Below the pieces are notes generated by a model that saw nothing but the letters and a program-made list of their open reading frames with translations, was not told the DNA's origin and did not search any database. A stretch of 64,000 nucleotides of DNA from Pimelobacter simplex (GTDB lineage: Bacteria > Cyanobacteriota > Cyanobacteriia > PCC-6307 > Cyanobiaceae): NCBI GenBank assembly GCA_943361795.1, contig CALRIS020000012.1, positions 21,077-85,076 on the forward strand. Direction: 5' to 3'. This document shows, in pieces, positions 44,957-55,020 of the stretch (the first letter of the stretch is position 1; the number at the start of each line of letters is the position of its first letter). A program made the position numbers and the translations under genes.

Positions 44957-46303
44957 TTAGTTGGCAGCCTTACTGGCGCCTAGGGCCGCCGGCACATTGC
45001 TGCTGTCGGGCTGGAAAGGGCGCTGGACTAACCCGCCGCCGCGGAGCAATTTGAGCAGGCTGGTTTCAGCCGCCACAAATTGGCTGTCCTTTTGGGTGGC
45101 GATGTCTTCGAGCTTGAGTTTCTGGGCGTCGGCGTCGGAGAGTTTCGCTATCACATCGGGCTCAATGCCACGGTGGTGGATATCGCGGCCGCTGGGGGTG
45201 AGGTATTTGGCGATCGTCACGGTCATGCCAGAACCATCAGAGAGCCCCCGCACCGATTGCACCAGGCCCTTACCGAAGGTTTTTTGGCCCACCAACAGGG
45301 CCCGGTGGTTGTCCTGAAGGGCACCGGAGAGAATTTCGCTAGCGCTGGCAGACCCCTCATTGACCAGGATCACCAGGGGGCGCTTGGTGAGGGCATGGCC
45401 ATTGGCCCGCTTGATGTCTTGGATGCCATCACGGGTTTTAGTGGACACGATCACGCCCTCATCGAGCCACTGGCGGGCGATTGCCACACTCGCCATCAGC
45501 AGGCCGCCGGGGTTGCTGCGCAGGTCGAGCACGTAGCCCTGCACCCCCTTGGCTTCGAGGTCCTTCACGGACGCAGCCATGTCCCGGGCCGCATTGGCGT
45601 TGAATTGCTTCAAGCGGATATAGCCCAGGCGTTCGCCATCGGGCGCGGTTTTCACCTGGTGCTCCACCGTGTGGAGCTCAATCCGTTCGCGCACCAGGGG
45701 CGCGGTAATCAGGGCAGCTTTACGGCGCAGCTGAATGGTCACCTTGGTGCCGGCTTCGCCGCGGATCAACTTGACCGCCTCTTCAGTGGACATGCCCTTG
45801 GTGGGTTTGCCATCAATCGAGACAATGACATCCTTCGGCAAAACGCCAGCCCTGGAAGCAGGCGATCCGTCGATCGGTGCAATCACCACCAGCTCCTTGC
45901 TGTCCTTATCAATGCTCAGCTGGATGCCAACCCCGGACAATTGGCCCGAGGTATCGATCTGCATCTCCTTGAACTCACGGGGGTCAAGAAAACGGGTATA
46001 AGGGTCACTAAGGGTCGACAACATGCTGCGGATAGCCGCATAACCATCCTTCGTCGTGTCGTAATTTTTAGCAAGAAGTTGACGTCTTAATTCGCGCCAA
46101 CGCTCCGGTGAATACTTGCCGGTGGTATCAAGATAATCGCGAAAAACAATCTGCCAGGTTTGATCAATCACCTCCTTGGGGCTGTCGCTGATCAGGGAGG
46201 CCAAGCTAGGGGCGTTCAGCAACTGACTACCCACCAGCACGGTGGCGGCCAGAGCCCCTGTCCCCATCAACACCACGACGCCGGTGCGAGCCCTACCCAT
46301 CAA
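44957..46303 (-). CDS. Carboxyl-terminal processing protease (S41, Ctp family)
   Basis: PDZ region SGVGIQLS...VIAPIDGSPASRAGV, catalytic region NEGSASASEILSGAL and FGKGLVQS. Confidence 0.9.
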   Translation of the reverse strand: MMGRARTGVVVLMGTGALAATVLVGSQLLNAPSLASLISDSPKEVIDQTWQIVFRDYLDTTGKYSPERWRELRRQLLAKNYDTTKDGYAAIRSMLSTLSDPYTRFLDPREFKEMQIDTSGQLSGVGIQLSIDKDSKELVVIAPIDGSPASRAGVLPKDVIVSIDGKPTKGMSTEEAVKLIRGEAGTKVTIQLRRKAALITAPLVRERIELHTVEHQVKTAPDGERLGYIRLKQFNANAARDMAASVKDLEAKGVQGYVLDLRSNPGGLLMASVAIARQWLDEGVIVSTKTRDGIQDIKRANGHALTKRPLVILVNEGSASASEILSGALQDNHRALLVGQKTFGKGLVQSVRGLSDGSGMTVTIAKYLTPSGRDIHHRGIEPDVIAKLSDADAQKLKLEDIATQKDSQFVAAETSLLKLLRGGGLVQRPFQPDSSNVPAALGASKAAN

Positions 46304-46410
46304 TAACTCCCGTAAACCTGGAGATTGAACTCAAGGTAGCCCGCCAAGGCGAATCCGTGGCAGCGGGGAAAACCGAATTGGGGCCAGCCTGGCGACCGAA
46401 CCCTGACCCC

Positions 46411-47682
46411 TTAGGGATCAACCCAACGCCCGTCCTCCTTGATCAGGGCAATCAGGGCGGCCACTCCCTCGGCCTCCGGCACCCGGCGGATTTCATCGCG
46501 GCCCCGGTAGAGGGAAATGGTGCCTGGGATCTTGCCGACATAGCCGTAATCGGCATCGGCCATTTCGCCCGGGCCGTTGACGATGCAGCCCATGACGGCG
46601 ATATCAAGGCCGGTGAGGTGGACCGTGGCATCGCGCACCCGATGCAGCACCTCCTCGAGGTTAAACAGGGTGCGGCCGCAACTGGGGCAAGCGACGTATT
46701 CGACCATCGTCTTGCGGAGGCCAAGGGCCTGCAGGATCGAGTAACAGACTGGGATCTCCTTCTCCGGCGCCTCGGTGAGGGACACCCGGATCGTGTCGCC
46801 CAGGCCATCGGCCAGCAGGGTGGCGATGCCCGCAGTGCTCTTAATGCGGCCGTAATCGCCATCGCCAGCTTCGGTCACACCCAGGTGCAGGGGATAATGG
46901 AAGCCCTCGAGGTCCATGCGATGGGCCATCAGCCGGTAGGCCGCCAGCATCACGGGCGCCCGTGACGCCTTCATCGACACGACGATGTTGTGGAAATCGA
47001 GCCGATCGCAAATGCGGATGAATTCGAGCGCCGACTCGACCATCCCCAAGGGGGTATCGCCGTAGGTGAAGAGCATGCGCTCCGCCAAGGAGCCGTGGTT
47101 GACGCCAATGCGCAACGCCTTGTCCTGGCTCTTGAGCAAGCTCACCAGCGGTTCAAAGGTGCGGGCGATGCGATCGCCGATTTGGGCCAGCTCGGCCTCG
47201 GAAAAAGTGGTGCGGTTGGGATCGGGTTTGTCAAACACAAACAGGCCCGGATTGATGCGCACCTTGTCAACGTGGTGGGCCACCTCCAGGGCGATCTTCA
47301 TGCCGTTGTGGTGCACATCGGCCACCAGGGGCACCGGCTGGTAGGTGTCTTCCAGGCGTTTGCGGATCTCCGCCACGGCCTTGGCATGGGCCAGGCTTGG
47401 CACGGTGAGGCGCACGATTTCACAGCCCGCCTCATGCAGGCGGCGAATGCCAGCGGTGGCCCCTTCGATATCGAGGGTGTCCTCATTGATCATCGACTGC
47501 ACCACCACCGGGTGCTCGCTGCCGATCTGGATGGGCCCAACCCGCACGCTGCGAGTTCGGCGGCGGTGGATGCGCGAATCAAACCGGGGATCGTTGGCCC
47601 AATCGGCGCTACTGCCGCCTGGGGCAGGATCAGGATCCTTCCCCGGAGTGACGGCATCGGGGCGGGCCAGGGTGCCGGTCAT
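46411..47682 (-). CDS. ispG: 4-hydroxy-3-methylbut-2-en-1-yl diphosphate synthase
   Basis: [32 protein letters not shown], and [11 protein letters not shown] Fe-S motifs. Confidence 0.95.
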   Translation of the reverse strand: MTGTLARPDAVTPGKDPDPAPGGSSADWANDPRFDSRIHRRRTRSVRVGPIQIGSEHPVVVQSMINEDTLDIEGATAGIRRLHEAGCEIVRLTVPSLAHAKAVAEIRKRLEDTYQPVPLVADVHHNGMKIALEVAHHVDKVRINPGLFVFDKPDPNRTTFSEAELAQIGDRIARTFEPLVSLLKSQDKALRIGVNHGSLAERMLFTYGDTPLGMVESALEFIRICDRLDFHNIVVSMKASRAPVMLAAYRLMAHRMDLEGFHYPLHLGVTEAGDGDYGRIKSTAGIATLLADGLGDTIRVSLTEAPEKEIPVCYSILQALGLRKTMVEYVACPSCGRTLFNLEEVLHRVRDATVHLTGLDIAVMGCIVNGPGEMADADYGYVGKIPGTISLYRGRDEIRRVPEAEGVAALIALIKEDGRWVDP

Positions 47683-47744
47683 GGGGCGGGGCCGGAAGGT
47701 GGCCCAAGCCTGTCACAGACCGGCACAGCTCGGGCGGCGATCGC

Positions 47745-48440
47745 CTATCGGAGGGCCAGTAGGTGCTCCCGCACGGCCACCAGGTCCAGGTGGGTCAGGT
47801 CCCTGGGCCGGCCTGGCTGGGTGGAGCCGTTGCGCAGCAGGTAGGCGGGATGGAAGATCGGCATGCAGGCACGCCCTTCAAAGGACTGCCACTGGCCACG
47901 CAGCTGGCTGATCGGGCCCTTAAGCCCAAGGACCGCCTGCAGGGCCGTGGCACCGACCAGCACCAGCACCTGGGGCTGGACCAGGGCGATCTGCTGCTGG
48001 AGCCAGGGCCGGCAGGCGGCCAGTTCCAGGGTTGTCGGTTTGCGGTTGCCGGGGGGGCGGCACTTCACCGCGTTGCCGATGTAGACGTCCCGGTGGCTGT
48101 CGAGGCCGGCCGTTGCCAGCAGCTGATCGAGCAGCAGGCCCGAACGCCCGACAAAGGGTTGGCCCCGCCCATCCTCCTGGGCCCCCGGGGCCTCGCCGAT
48201 CAGCATCAGCCGCGCCAGGGGGGTGCCGCGGCTGAACACCACCTGCTGGCGGCCTAGGGCCAAGGAGCAGCTGCGGCAGGCGTGGCACTGCTGGGCCAAG
48301 GCGTCCAGAGCGGCCTCAAGGGCCTGGCCTGGGGGGCGGGATTCGGTGGGATGCCCCCCAGCCCCAGGGGCCGTTTGGGCTGGCGGGGCTGGGGGGCTGT
48401 CGATCGCTCTGGCCTGGTGTGCACCAGGCCAGGGTCCCAT
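47745..48440 (-). CDS. Uracil-DNA glycosylase, family 4
   Basis: CHACRSCSL, LMLIGEAPGAQEDGRGQPFVGRSG, NAVKCRPPGNR, and FHPAYLLR. Only the last 231 codons of the 577-aa listed ORF are used (ATG 48440). Confidence 0.8.
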   Translation of the reverse strand: MGPWPGAHQARAIDSPPAPPAQTAPGAGGHPTESRPPGQALEAALDALAQQCHACRSCSLALGRQQVVFSRGTPLARLMLIGEAPGAQEDGRGQPFVGRSGLLLDQLLATAGLDSHRDVYIGNAVKCRPPGNRKPTTLELAACRPWLQQQIALVQPQVLVLVGATALQAVLGLKGPISQLRGQWQSFEGRACMPIFHPAYLLRNGSTQPGRPRDLTHLDLVAVREHLLALR

Positions 48441-48593
48441 GGCCCCCAGGGCCAGCTGCAGCCAAACCAGAGCCTGCCCATGGGCGCAGGATTGTCCCAA
48501 AAGGTCTGCGCGGAACCTTTGGCTTGGCCGGCGTAGGGCAGGATGCAAGATTGTCCAGGCATTCCTCGGAATGCCGCCCCCGACGCTGCACCG

Positions 48594-49772
48594 ATGCTGC
48601 GCCCGATTGAGCTCTCTGCCCGGGCAGAAGCGTTGCAGCCCTCCTTGACCCTGGCCATCGCCGCCCGGGCCAAATCCCTGCGCGCCGATGGCCATGACAT
48701 CTGCAGCCTGAGTGCGGGGGAGCCGGATTTCGACACGCCGGCCTTCATCCGCCAGGCCGCCACGGCGGCCCTTGAGGCCGGCCACACCCGCTACGGACCG
48801 GCCGCCGGTGAACCGGCCCTGCGCCAGGCGATCGCCGCAAAACTCAGCACTGAAAATCAGGTTCCGACCAGCGCCGACCAGGTGCTGGTCACCAACGGCG
48901 GCAAGCAGGCCCTCTACAACCTCTTCCAGGTGCTCCTTGGGCCCGGCGATGAACTGTTGCTGCCCTCGCCCTACTGGCTGAGCTACCCGGAGATGGCCCA
49001 GCTGGCCGGCGCCAGCGTGGTCCTGATCCCTAGTACCGCCGCCGACGGTTTCCGGCTCGATCCCCAGCAGCTGGAGGCGGCGATCACGCCTGCCAGCAAG
49101 CTCCTGGTGCTCAATAGTCCCTCTAATCCCACCGGCATGGTTCTGGGGCTGGAGGATCTGGAGGCGATCGCCGCGGTGTTGCGGCGCCATCCCCACGTGG
49201 CGGTGGTCTGCGATGAGATCTACGAATTTTTGTTGGCCCCAGGGCTGATCCACCACAGCTTTGCGGCCGTGGCCCCCGATCTTGCCGGCCGAATTTTCAC
49301 CGTGAATGGCTTTGCCAAGGGCTGGGCCATGACCGGCTGGCGGGTCGGCTGGCTGGCGGGTTCCCAGCCCGTGATCGCCGCCGCCAGTGCCCTCCAGAGC
49401 CAGAGCACTAGCAACGTCTGCAGCTTCGCCCAATACGGCGCCCTGGCGGCGATCAGCGGCCCCCGGGACTGCGTCCACGCGATGGCGGCCGAATTCAGCC
49501 GGCGCCGCCGCCTGCTCAGCGATGGCCTGATGCAGCTTGGCGGGTTGGCCCTGGTCCCGCCCCAGGGGGCCTTCTATGCCTTCGCCGACATCTCCAGCAA
49601 GGGCCTCGATTCGATGACCTTCTGCAACCGCCTTCTGGAGGAGCAGGGCCTGGCGGCCGTGCCCGGAGTCGCCTTTGGCGATGACCGCTGCATACGCCTC
49701 TCCTGCGCCGCCTCGCCTGCGACGATCGAGGATGGCCTGGCCCGGCTTGGGCGGTTCCTCGCCATACCCTGA
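48594..49772 (+). CDS. Class I pyridoxal-phosphate aminotransferase (aspartate aminotransferase-like)
   Basis: LSAGEPDFDTP, NSPSNPTGMV, and NGFAKGWAMTGWRVGW (PLP Lys). ATG 48594 (MLRPIELS) is preferred. Confidence 0.9.
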   Translation: MLRPIELSARAEALQPSLTLAIAARAKSLRADGHDICSLSAGEPDFDTPAFIRQAATAALEAGHTRYGPAAGEPALRQAIAAKLSTENQVPTSADQVLVTNGGKQALYNLFQVLLGPGDELLLPSPYWLSYPEMAQLAGASVVLIPSTAADGFRLDPQQLEAAITPASKLLVLNSPSNPTGMVLGLEDLEAIAAVLRRHPHVAVVCDEIYEFLLAPGLIHHSFAAVAPDLAGRIFTVNGFAKGWAMTGWRVGWLAGSQPVIAAASALQSQSTSNVCSFAQYGALAAISGPRDCVHAMAAEFSRRRRLLSDGLMQLGGLALVPPQGAFYAFADISSKGLDSMTFCNRLLEEQGLAAVPGVAFGDDRCIRLSCAASPATIEDGLARLGRFLAIP

Positions 49773-49812
49773 CGGCCTGCAAGCCCCTTCAACCCCTCCC
49801 TTCTCTCAACTG

Positions 49813-50769
49813 ATGGCCATCCGAAAACATTGGGCCGCTGTCCTGACAGGCCTGTCCCTGGTCCTGCTGCCGGCGGCCCTGCCTGGGGGGAACCTCGGCG
49901 GCCCCAGCCTGCTCCCCCCGGCCCAGGCCGAACAGGCCCGGGGCCAGGCAAAACCGGTGTTGCGCATCGGCGCCATCCCCGACCAGAAACCAGAAAAACT
50001 GAACCGCCTCTATCCCCTGGTGGCAGCGGAACTGGAGCGCCAGTTGGGCGTACCGGTGACCTACGTGCCGGTGGTCGACTACACCGCCGCCGTGACCGCC
50101 TTCCGCACCGGCGACCTGGATCTGGTTTGGTTCGGGGGCCTCACAGGCGTGCAGGCGCGCCTGCAGAAACCCGGTGCCCAGGTGCTCGCCCAACGGGACA
50201 TTGATGTGGCCTTCCACAGCGTCTTCATCGCCAACACAACCAGCGGCCTCAAGCCGATCCGGGACGTCAAGGGGCTGACGGAGCTGAAGGGCAAGCGCTT
50301 CACCTTCGGCTCGGAAAGTTCGACCTCGGGCCGGCTGATGCCCCAGTACTTCCTGGCCAAGGGCGGCGTGAAGCTCAGCGATTTTGCCGGCGGCCTCCCC
50401 GGCTTTAGCGGCAGCCACGACACCACCATCGCCCTGGTGCAAAGCGGCGCCTACGACGCCGGCGTGGTTAACGAGCAGGTGTGGCGCACCAGCCTCCATG
50501 ACGGCCGGGCCAACCGGGCCAAGGTGGTGGCCATCTGGCGCACGCCGGGCTATCCCGATTACCACTGGATCGGCCAACCCAACCTCGATCAACGCTTCGG
50601 CAAGGGCTTCAGCCGCAAGCTGCAGGCGGCGATCATCAGCTGGCGCACCACCAATCCCCAGCAAAAGCAAATCCTCGGCCTGTTCAGCGCCCAGCAGTTC
50701 AGCAAATCAACGGCGGCCAATTACAAGCAGATCGAACAGGTGGGTCGCCAGATCGGCAAGATCCGCTGA
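49813..50769 (+). CDS. phnD: Phosphonate ABC transporter substrate-binding protein
   Basis: Signal peptide MAIRKHWAAVLTGLSLVLLPAAL, then LRIGAIPDQKPEKL ... GDLDLVWFGGLTGVQA. Confidence 0.9.
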   Translation: MAIRKHWAAVLTGLSLVLLPAALPGGNLGGPSLLPPAQAEQARGQAKPVLRIGAIPDQKPEKLNRLYPLVAAELERQLGVPVTYVPVVDYTAAVTAFRTGDLDLVWFGGLTGVQARLQKPGAQVLAQRDIDVAFHSVFIANTTSGLKPIRDVKGLTELKGKRFTFGSESSTSGRLMPQYFLAKGGVKLSDFAGGLPGFSGSHDTTIALVQSGAYDAGVVNEQVWRTSLHDGRANRAKVVAIWRTPGYPDYHWIGQPNLDQRFGKGFSRKLQAAIISWRTTNPQQKQILGLFSAQQFSKSTAANYKQIEQVGRQIGKIR

Positions 50770-51587
50770 TGCCAGCCGCCCCGGCCCGGGAGCCTGGGCA
50801 GCCAAGCCCTGGTTCTGGAGCGTCCCCCCAGGCCCTGCCCTGGTTGGAGCTCAGCGAGATCACGGTGCCCGGCCGCGGCCAGCCGCGGCTGGATCGGGTG
50901 TCGCTGGCCATCGCCAGCGGCGAACGGGTGGCCCTGCTGGGGCCCAGTGGGGCCGGCAAAAGCAGCCTGCTGGCCGTTGCCAATGGGCAGCTCCAGCCCA
51001 GCGCCGGGTCCCTGCGTTGGCTGGGGGCCCCACCGGCCCGCTCGGAGCGGGCCCGGCGACGCCAGCAGGCCCGCATCGGCACCCTGTGGCAGGACCTGCG
51101 GCTGATCGAAGAGCTGAGCGTGCAACAGAACCTCAATAGCGCCCGACTGGCGGCCTGGGGCTGGCCCCGGGCCCTGCTCAACCTGCTCTGGCCCCTGGAC
51201 ACGGCCGCCAACCGGGAGTCCCTCGCCCAGGTGGACCTGGGCGCCGAGCTGCTCGGCCAGCCGGTCAGCGCCCTCTCCGGTGGCCAACGCCAGCGGGTGG
51301 CGATCGCCCGTCTGCTGCGCCAAGACCCGGAATTGCTCCTGGCCGATGAACCCCTGGCCAGCCTCGATCCCCGCCTGGCGGCGGAGCTCCTGCACCTGCT
51401 GCTCAACCAGGTGACCCCCCGGCGGGCCCTGCTGCTCAGCCTGCACCGCCCCGACCTCCTGGCCGGCTTTGATCGGGCCATCGGCCTGCGCCAGGGGCAG
51501 GTGCTCTTCGACCAACCGGCTCGGAGCCTCGCAGCCGCCGACCTGGCGGCCCTCTACGACGGCGAACTGCCGGGCAGCGGGCCGTGA
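50769..51587 (+). CDS. phnC: Phosphonate ABC transporter ATP-binding protein
   Basis: GPSGAGKSSLL, LSGGQRQRVAIARLL, LLLADEP. 1-nt TGATG overlap with phnD. Confidence 0.9.
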   Translation: MPAAPAREPGQPSPGSGASPQALPWLELSEITVPGRGQPRLDRVSLAIASGERVALLGPSGAGKSSLLAVANGQLQPSAGSLRWLGAPPARSERARRRQQARIGTLWQDLRLIEELSVQQNLNSARLAAWGWPRALLNLLWPLDTAANRESLAQVDLGAELLGQPVSALSGGQRQRVAIARLLRQDPELLLADEPLASLDPRLAAELLHLLLNQVTPRRALLLSLHRPDLLAGFDRAIGLRQGQVLFDQPARSLAAADLAALYDGELPGSGP

Positions 51588-53311
51588 TGGCGGCGTGGAT
51601 TCCAGCCATTGGCAGCCGGATTCGCAGGGCCTTAGCGGGCCGGGCCGGGGGCAAGCGAGGGAGCCCCGATCGGGCAAAAATTGCCCAAAACGGTCCGACC
51701 GGCGTCGCCGCACCCCTGGCGATGGTGGCCCCGGCGTTGGTGTTGATCCCGGTGCTGCTGCTGCTGCCGGGCCTGGTCCATGGCGGCGGTATCGACCTGC
51801 TCAAGGCGTTCCTCCAGGCGGCCTTCACTCCGTCCCTCGATCCGCTGGTGCTGGGCTCGGCCATCTCGGGCCTGGGCGTCACCGTGGGGATCGCCCTGCT
51901 GGGCTGGGCGGCCAGTGGCCTCCTGGGGTTAGCCCTGGCCCTAGCCAGTTCGCGCCAGGTCTGGAGCAGCTGCTGCGGCCAGGTCTGGCCGGCCAACCTC
52001 CTGCGGCGTTTGTTGGCCGTGCCGCGCTCGATCCATGAGCTGCTCTGGGGCTTGCTGCTGCTCCAGCTCATCGGCCTGCAACCGGCCGTGGCGATCGCCG
52101 CCATTGCCATCCCCTACGCCGCCCTAGTGGCCCGGGTGCTCAGCGACCAGATCGATGCCCTACCCAGCGGGGCCCTGGTGGCCCTGCGCTGCGGTGGCGT
52201 GGCGGCCCCCCAGGCCCTGCTCACCGCCCTGGGGCCGCCCCTGCTGCCCGGCCTACTGAGCTATGGCGGCTACCGGCTCGAATGTGCCCTGCGCAGCGCC
52301 ACCCTGCTGGGGGTGTTTGGCCTGGGGGGCCTGGGCACCGAGCTCAAGCTCTGCCTGCAATCCCTGGAATTCCATCAACTCTGGACCGGCCTCTGGCTGC
52401 TCCTGGCGGTGATGCTGCTGCTGGAAACCGGCCTGGCCGGCCTGCGGCGTCGCTGGTTAATGCCCCGCCGCCTGGGCCTGGGGGGGCTGACCACCACCCC
52501 CCTGGGCCCCGAATCCGGCGCCGGGACCAGGGGGATGGGGCCGACCCCCCGGCGGGACGACCTGGGCCGCCGCGGCCGCGAGATGGTGCTGGCCCTGGTG
52601 GTGCTTGGGCCGCTGCTGGTCTGGCTGGCCCGGGCCATGGACGTGCATCCCCTGGCCCTGCTGCACTGGCAACCCTTGCCAAACCTGGGCGCGGCCTCCT
52701 GGGCCAGCGTCCTGGCCCTGCCCTGGCCCCAGCTGGTGGGCAGCACCCTGCTGCTGACCCTGGTGGCTGCGGGCCTGGCGGTGGGGCTAGCGCCCCTGCT
52801 GCTGCTGTTAATTGCCCCCTGGCCCTGGGCCCGGCCCCTGCTGCAACTGGCCTGGGCCCTGGCCCGCCTCTGGCCGCCTCCCCTCAGTGCCCTGCTGCTG
52901 CTGTTGCTGCTCAAACCGGGCCTGGTCACGGCCGCCCTGGCCCTGGGCTTCCACAACCTGGGCATCCTCGGCCGCCTGCTGCTGGAGGCCAGCGACGATC
53001 GCCAGGCCCCGGCCGAGATCGCCCTGCTGGGAGCTGGCGTCGGCCCGCGGCTGGCCCTGCTCTATGGCCGGTTCAGCGGCCTGGCCCGCAGCTACCTGGC
53101 CTACGGGGCCTACCGGGCCGATGTGATCTTGCGCGAAAGTGTGGTGGTGGGTTTGGTGGGGGCGGCGGGGCTGGGCACCCAACTCCTGGAAAGCCTCAGC
53201 AGTTTTGCCTGGGACCAACTGCTAGCCCTGCTGGTGGTGTACGCCCTGCTCACCCTGGTGGGGGAAGATCTCAGCGACCGGGCCCGGCTCCAGCTTCTGG
53301 CCCCCGCCTGA
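51584..53311 (+). CDS. phnE: Phosphonate ABC transporter permease (duplicated or fused PhnE)
   Basis: Two tandem permease halves of multi-TM sequence. GTGATG overlaps the phnC stop. Confidence 0.8.
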   Translation: MMAAWIPAIGSRIRRALAGRAGGKRGSPDRAKIAQNGPTGVAAPLAMVAPALVLIPVLLLLPGLVHGGGIDLLKAFLQAAFTPSLDPLVLGSAISGLGVTVGIALLGWAASGLLGLALALASSRQVWSSCCGQVWPANLLRRLLAVPRSIHELLWGLLLLQLIGLQPAVAIAAIAIPYAALVARVLSDQIDALPSGALVALRCGGVAAPQALLTALGPPLLPGLLSYGGYRLECALRSATLLGVFGLGGLGTELKLCLQSLEFHQLWTGLWLLLAVMLLLETGLAGLRRRWLMPRRLGLGGLTTTPLGPESGAGTRGMGPTPRRDDLGRRGREMVLALVVLGPLLVWLARAMDVHPLALLHWQPLPNLGAASWASVLALPWPQLVGSTLLLTLVAAGLAVGLAPLLLLLIAPWPWARPLLQLAWALARLWPPPLSALLLLLLLKPGLVTAALALGFHNLGILGRLLLEASDDRQAPAEIALLGAGVGPRLALLYGRFSGLARSYLAYGAYRADVILRESVVVGLVGAAGLGTQLLESLSSFAWDQLLALLVVYALLTLVGEDLSDRARLQLLAPA

Positions 53312-53334
53312 CCAGCCTGCCCCGCCCTGCCCCC

Positions 53335-54012
53335 ATGGCCCAACCCATCCCCCGCAAACTGATCGTGATTGGGGATAGCGGCGTCCTGGGCTGGGGCGAT
53401 CCCGAGGAGGGCGGCTGGTGTGAACGCCTGCGCCGCCATTGGATGGGGCTTCCGGGCGGTCCCGTGGTCTATCCGCTGGGGGTGCGCGGCGATGGTCTGG
53501 AGCGGGTCGCTGCCCGGTTGGAACGGGAGGTGAGCTGCCGCGGTGAGCTGCGGCGCCAGCTTCCCCACGGCATCCTGCTGGCGGTGGGCCTCAACGACAG
53601 CGCCAGGGTTGGCCGGCCCGATGGCCGGTCCCAGCTCGATGGCGATGGCTTCCTGTTTGGCCTTCAGCAGCTGATTCGCCAGGCCCAGGCCCTGGCGCCG
53701 GTGTTCGTGCTGGGCCTAACCCCGGTCGATGAAGCGGTGATGCCCTACGCCGGGGTGCTCTGGTATTCCCTGGCGGCCATTCAGCACTACGAGAGCCTGC
53801 TGGAGGAGGCCTGCCTGGAGGCCAATGTGCCCTTTCTGTCGCTACTGCCCTCCCTACGGGCAGACCCCCACTGGCTGCACTGGCTCGATGGCGACGGCCT
53901 CCATCTCAACAGCGAAGGCCATCGCCAGGTCTATGGGCGCCTACGCCAGTGGCCGGCCCTGTTGCAATGGGCTGGCCTGGAGCCGGTATCGGTGGCCACG
54001 CCGGTGGCTTGA
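53335..54012 (+). CDS. SGNH/GDSL-family hydrolase
   Basis: LIVIGDSGVLGWG (block I GDS), GLNDSARV (block III), DGLHLNSEGH (block V DxxH). ATG 53335 is used because the upstream part of the listed ORF overlaps phnE. Confidence 0.75.
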   Translation: MAQPIPRKLIVIGDSGVLGWGDPEEGGWCERLRRHWMGLPGGPVVYPLGVRGDGLERVAARLEREVSCRGELRRQLPHGILLAVGLNDSARVGRPDGRSQLDGDGFLFGLQQLIRQAQALAPVFVLGLTPVDEAVMPYAGVLWYSLAAIQHYESLLEEACLEANVPFLSLLPSLRADPHWLHWLDGDGLHLNSEGHRQVYGRLRQWPALLQWAGLEPVSVATPVA

Positions 54013-54164
54013 CCGCCGGGCTGGTGGAACGATTCAGCGATGGGGCGCCTATCGGGGGAGTTGGGGTGCTTGGCCGGCCTCCCCCAGGTGGGGGAAGGGC
54101 AATCCCCCAGGGGTAGGAAGCAGCTCGGTGGAGGGATGGCAGATCCTTTGGAGCCCGATCCCAG

Positions 54165-54998
54165 GTGCCCATGGCAACCCCCCGGCAGGTTTCTGGCCCA
54201 CTCAGCCCCATGGGCAGCCAGAACCAGGCTCCCCTGGCGGCCTATGCCCTCAAACGCAGCCACAAGCAACGCAACCAGCTCGCCTTGAGCAACCTGCCGT
54301 TGGTGAAGAAACTGGCCCGGCGCGAAAGCCAGCGCACCCCCGTGCCCATGGAGGACCTGGAGCAATCGGGCTGCCTCGGCCTGATCAAGGCCCTGGAGGC
54401 CTTTGATCCAGCCCGCAGCACGGCCCTCAGCAGCTTCGCCGTTCCCTACATCCGCGGCGCCATCCGCCAACACCTGCGGGACCGCTGCCAGCCCCTGCGC
54501 ACCAGCCGCGGCCTACGGGAGCTCCATGGCCGGGGCCAGCGGCTCCAGCTTGAACGGCAGCACCGCGGTGAGCCAGTTCTGGCCGAGGACGACCTGGCCA
54601 GGAGCATGGGCGTAACGCTGGCGCGCTGGCGGGAGGCCTGCGGCGCAGCCCGGGCCCTGAAGGTCGCCAGCCTGGACCAACCCAGGCCGGGAATCGATGG
54701 GGAGAGCGATGGCCCAGGTCAGGCACGCAACCAGGGTCTGGTCGAGCTGCTGGCCGATCCAGGCGGCCTCGATCCGCTCGAATGGTCCTGCGCCCTGGAA
54801 CGGCGGCAACGGCTCGAGCAGCTTGTTGGCCTGCTTGAGCCCCAGGAGCGGACGCTGCTCCTGGGGCGGGTACTGGGCAACCGATCGTTTAACGACCTGG
54901 GGCTTGCCATCGGGATGAGCGGCAAGGTGGCGCGAAAGCGCTACGGAGCCTTGCTGAGCTGGCTGCGGCCCCAGCTCGATCCGGCCTTGCTGCCGTGA
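54165..54998 (+). CDS. RNA polymerase sigma-70 family factor (group 3-like)
   Basis: Region 2 NLPLVKKLARR ... LEQSGCLGLIKALEAFDPARSTALSSFAVPYIRGAIRQHLRD and region 4 FNDLGLAIGMSGKVARKRYGALL. Confidence 0.85.
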   Translation: MPMATPRQVSGPLSPMGSQNQAPLAAYALKRSHKQRNQLALSNLPLVKKLARRESQRTPVPMEDLEQSGCLGLIKALEAFDPARSTALSSFAVPYIRGAIRQHLRDRCQPLRTSRGLRELHGRGQRLQLERQHRGEPVLAEDDLARSMGVTLARWREACGAARALKVASLDQPRPGIDGESDGPGQARNQGLVELLADPGGLDPLEWSCALERRQRLEQLVGLLEPQERTLLLGRVLGNRSFNDLGLAIGMSGKVARKRYGALLSWLRPQLDPALLP

Positions 54999-55020
54999 CC
55001 GCTAGGCCATGGGCAACCGC

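Noticed and set aside
48441-49478. Upstream two-thirds of the listed 577-aa minus-strand ORF
   Set aside because: Only the C-terminal 231 codons look like a protein (family 4 UDG). The rest is antisense to a well-supported aminotransferase gene.
49773-49812. Pho-box-like repeats (CTTCAACC ... CCTTCTCT) just upstream of phnD
   Set aside because: The match to the PyTTAAPyPy(T/A) repeat consensus is poor, and the site lies only about 20 nt from the start codon, too close for a promoter element.
52282-53334. N-terminal 351 codons of the listed 576-aa ORF
   Set aside because: This part is an out-of-frame overlap with phnE, and its product is pure P/G/A/R low complexity. The SGNH hydrolase begins at ATG 53335.
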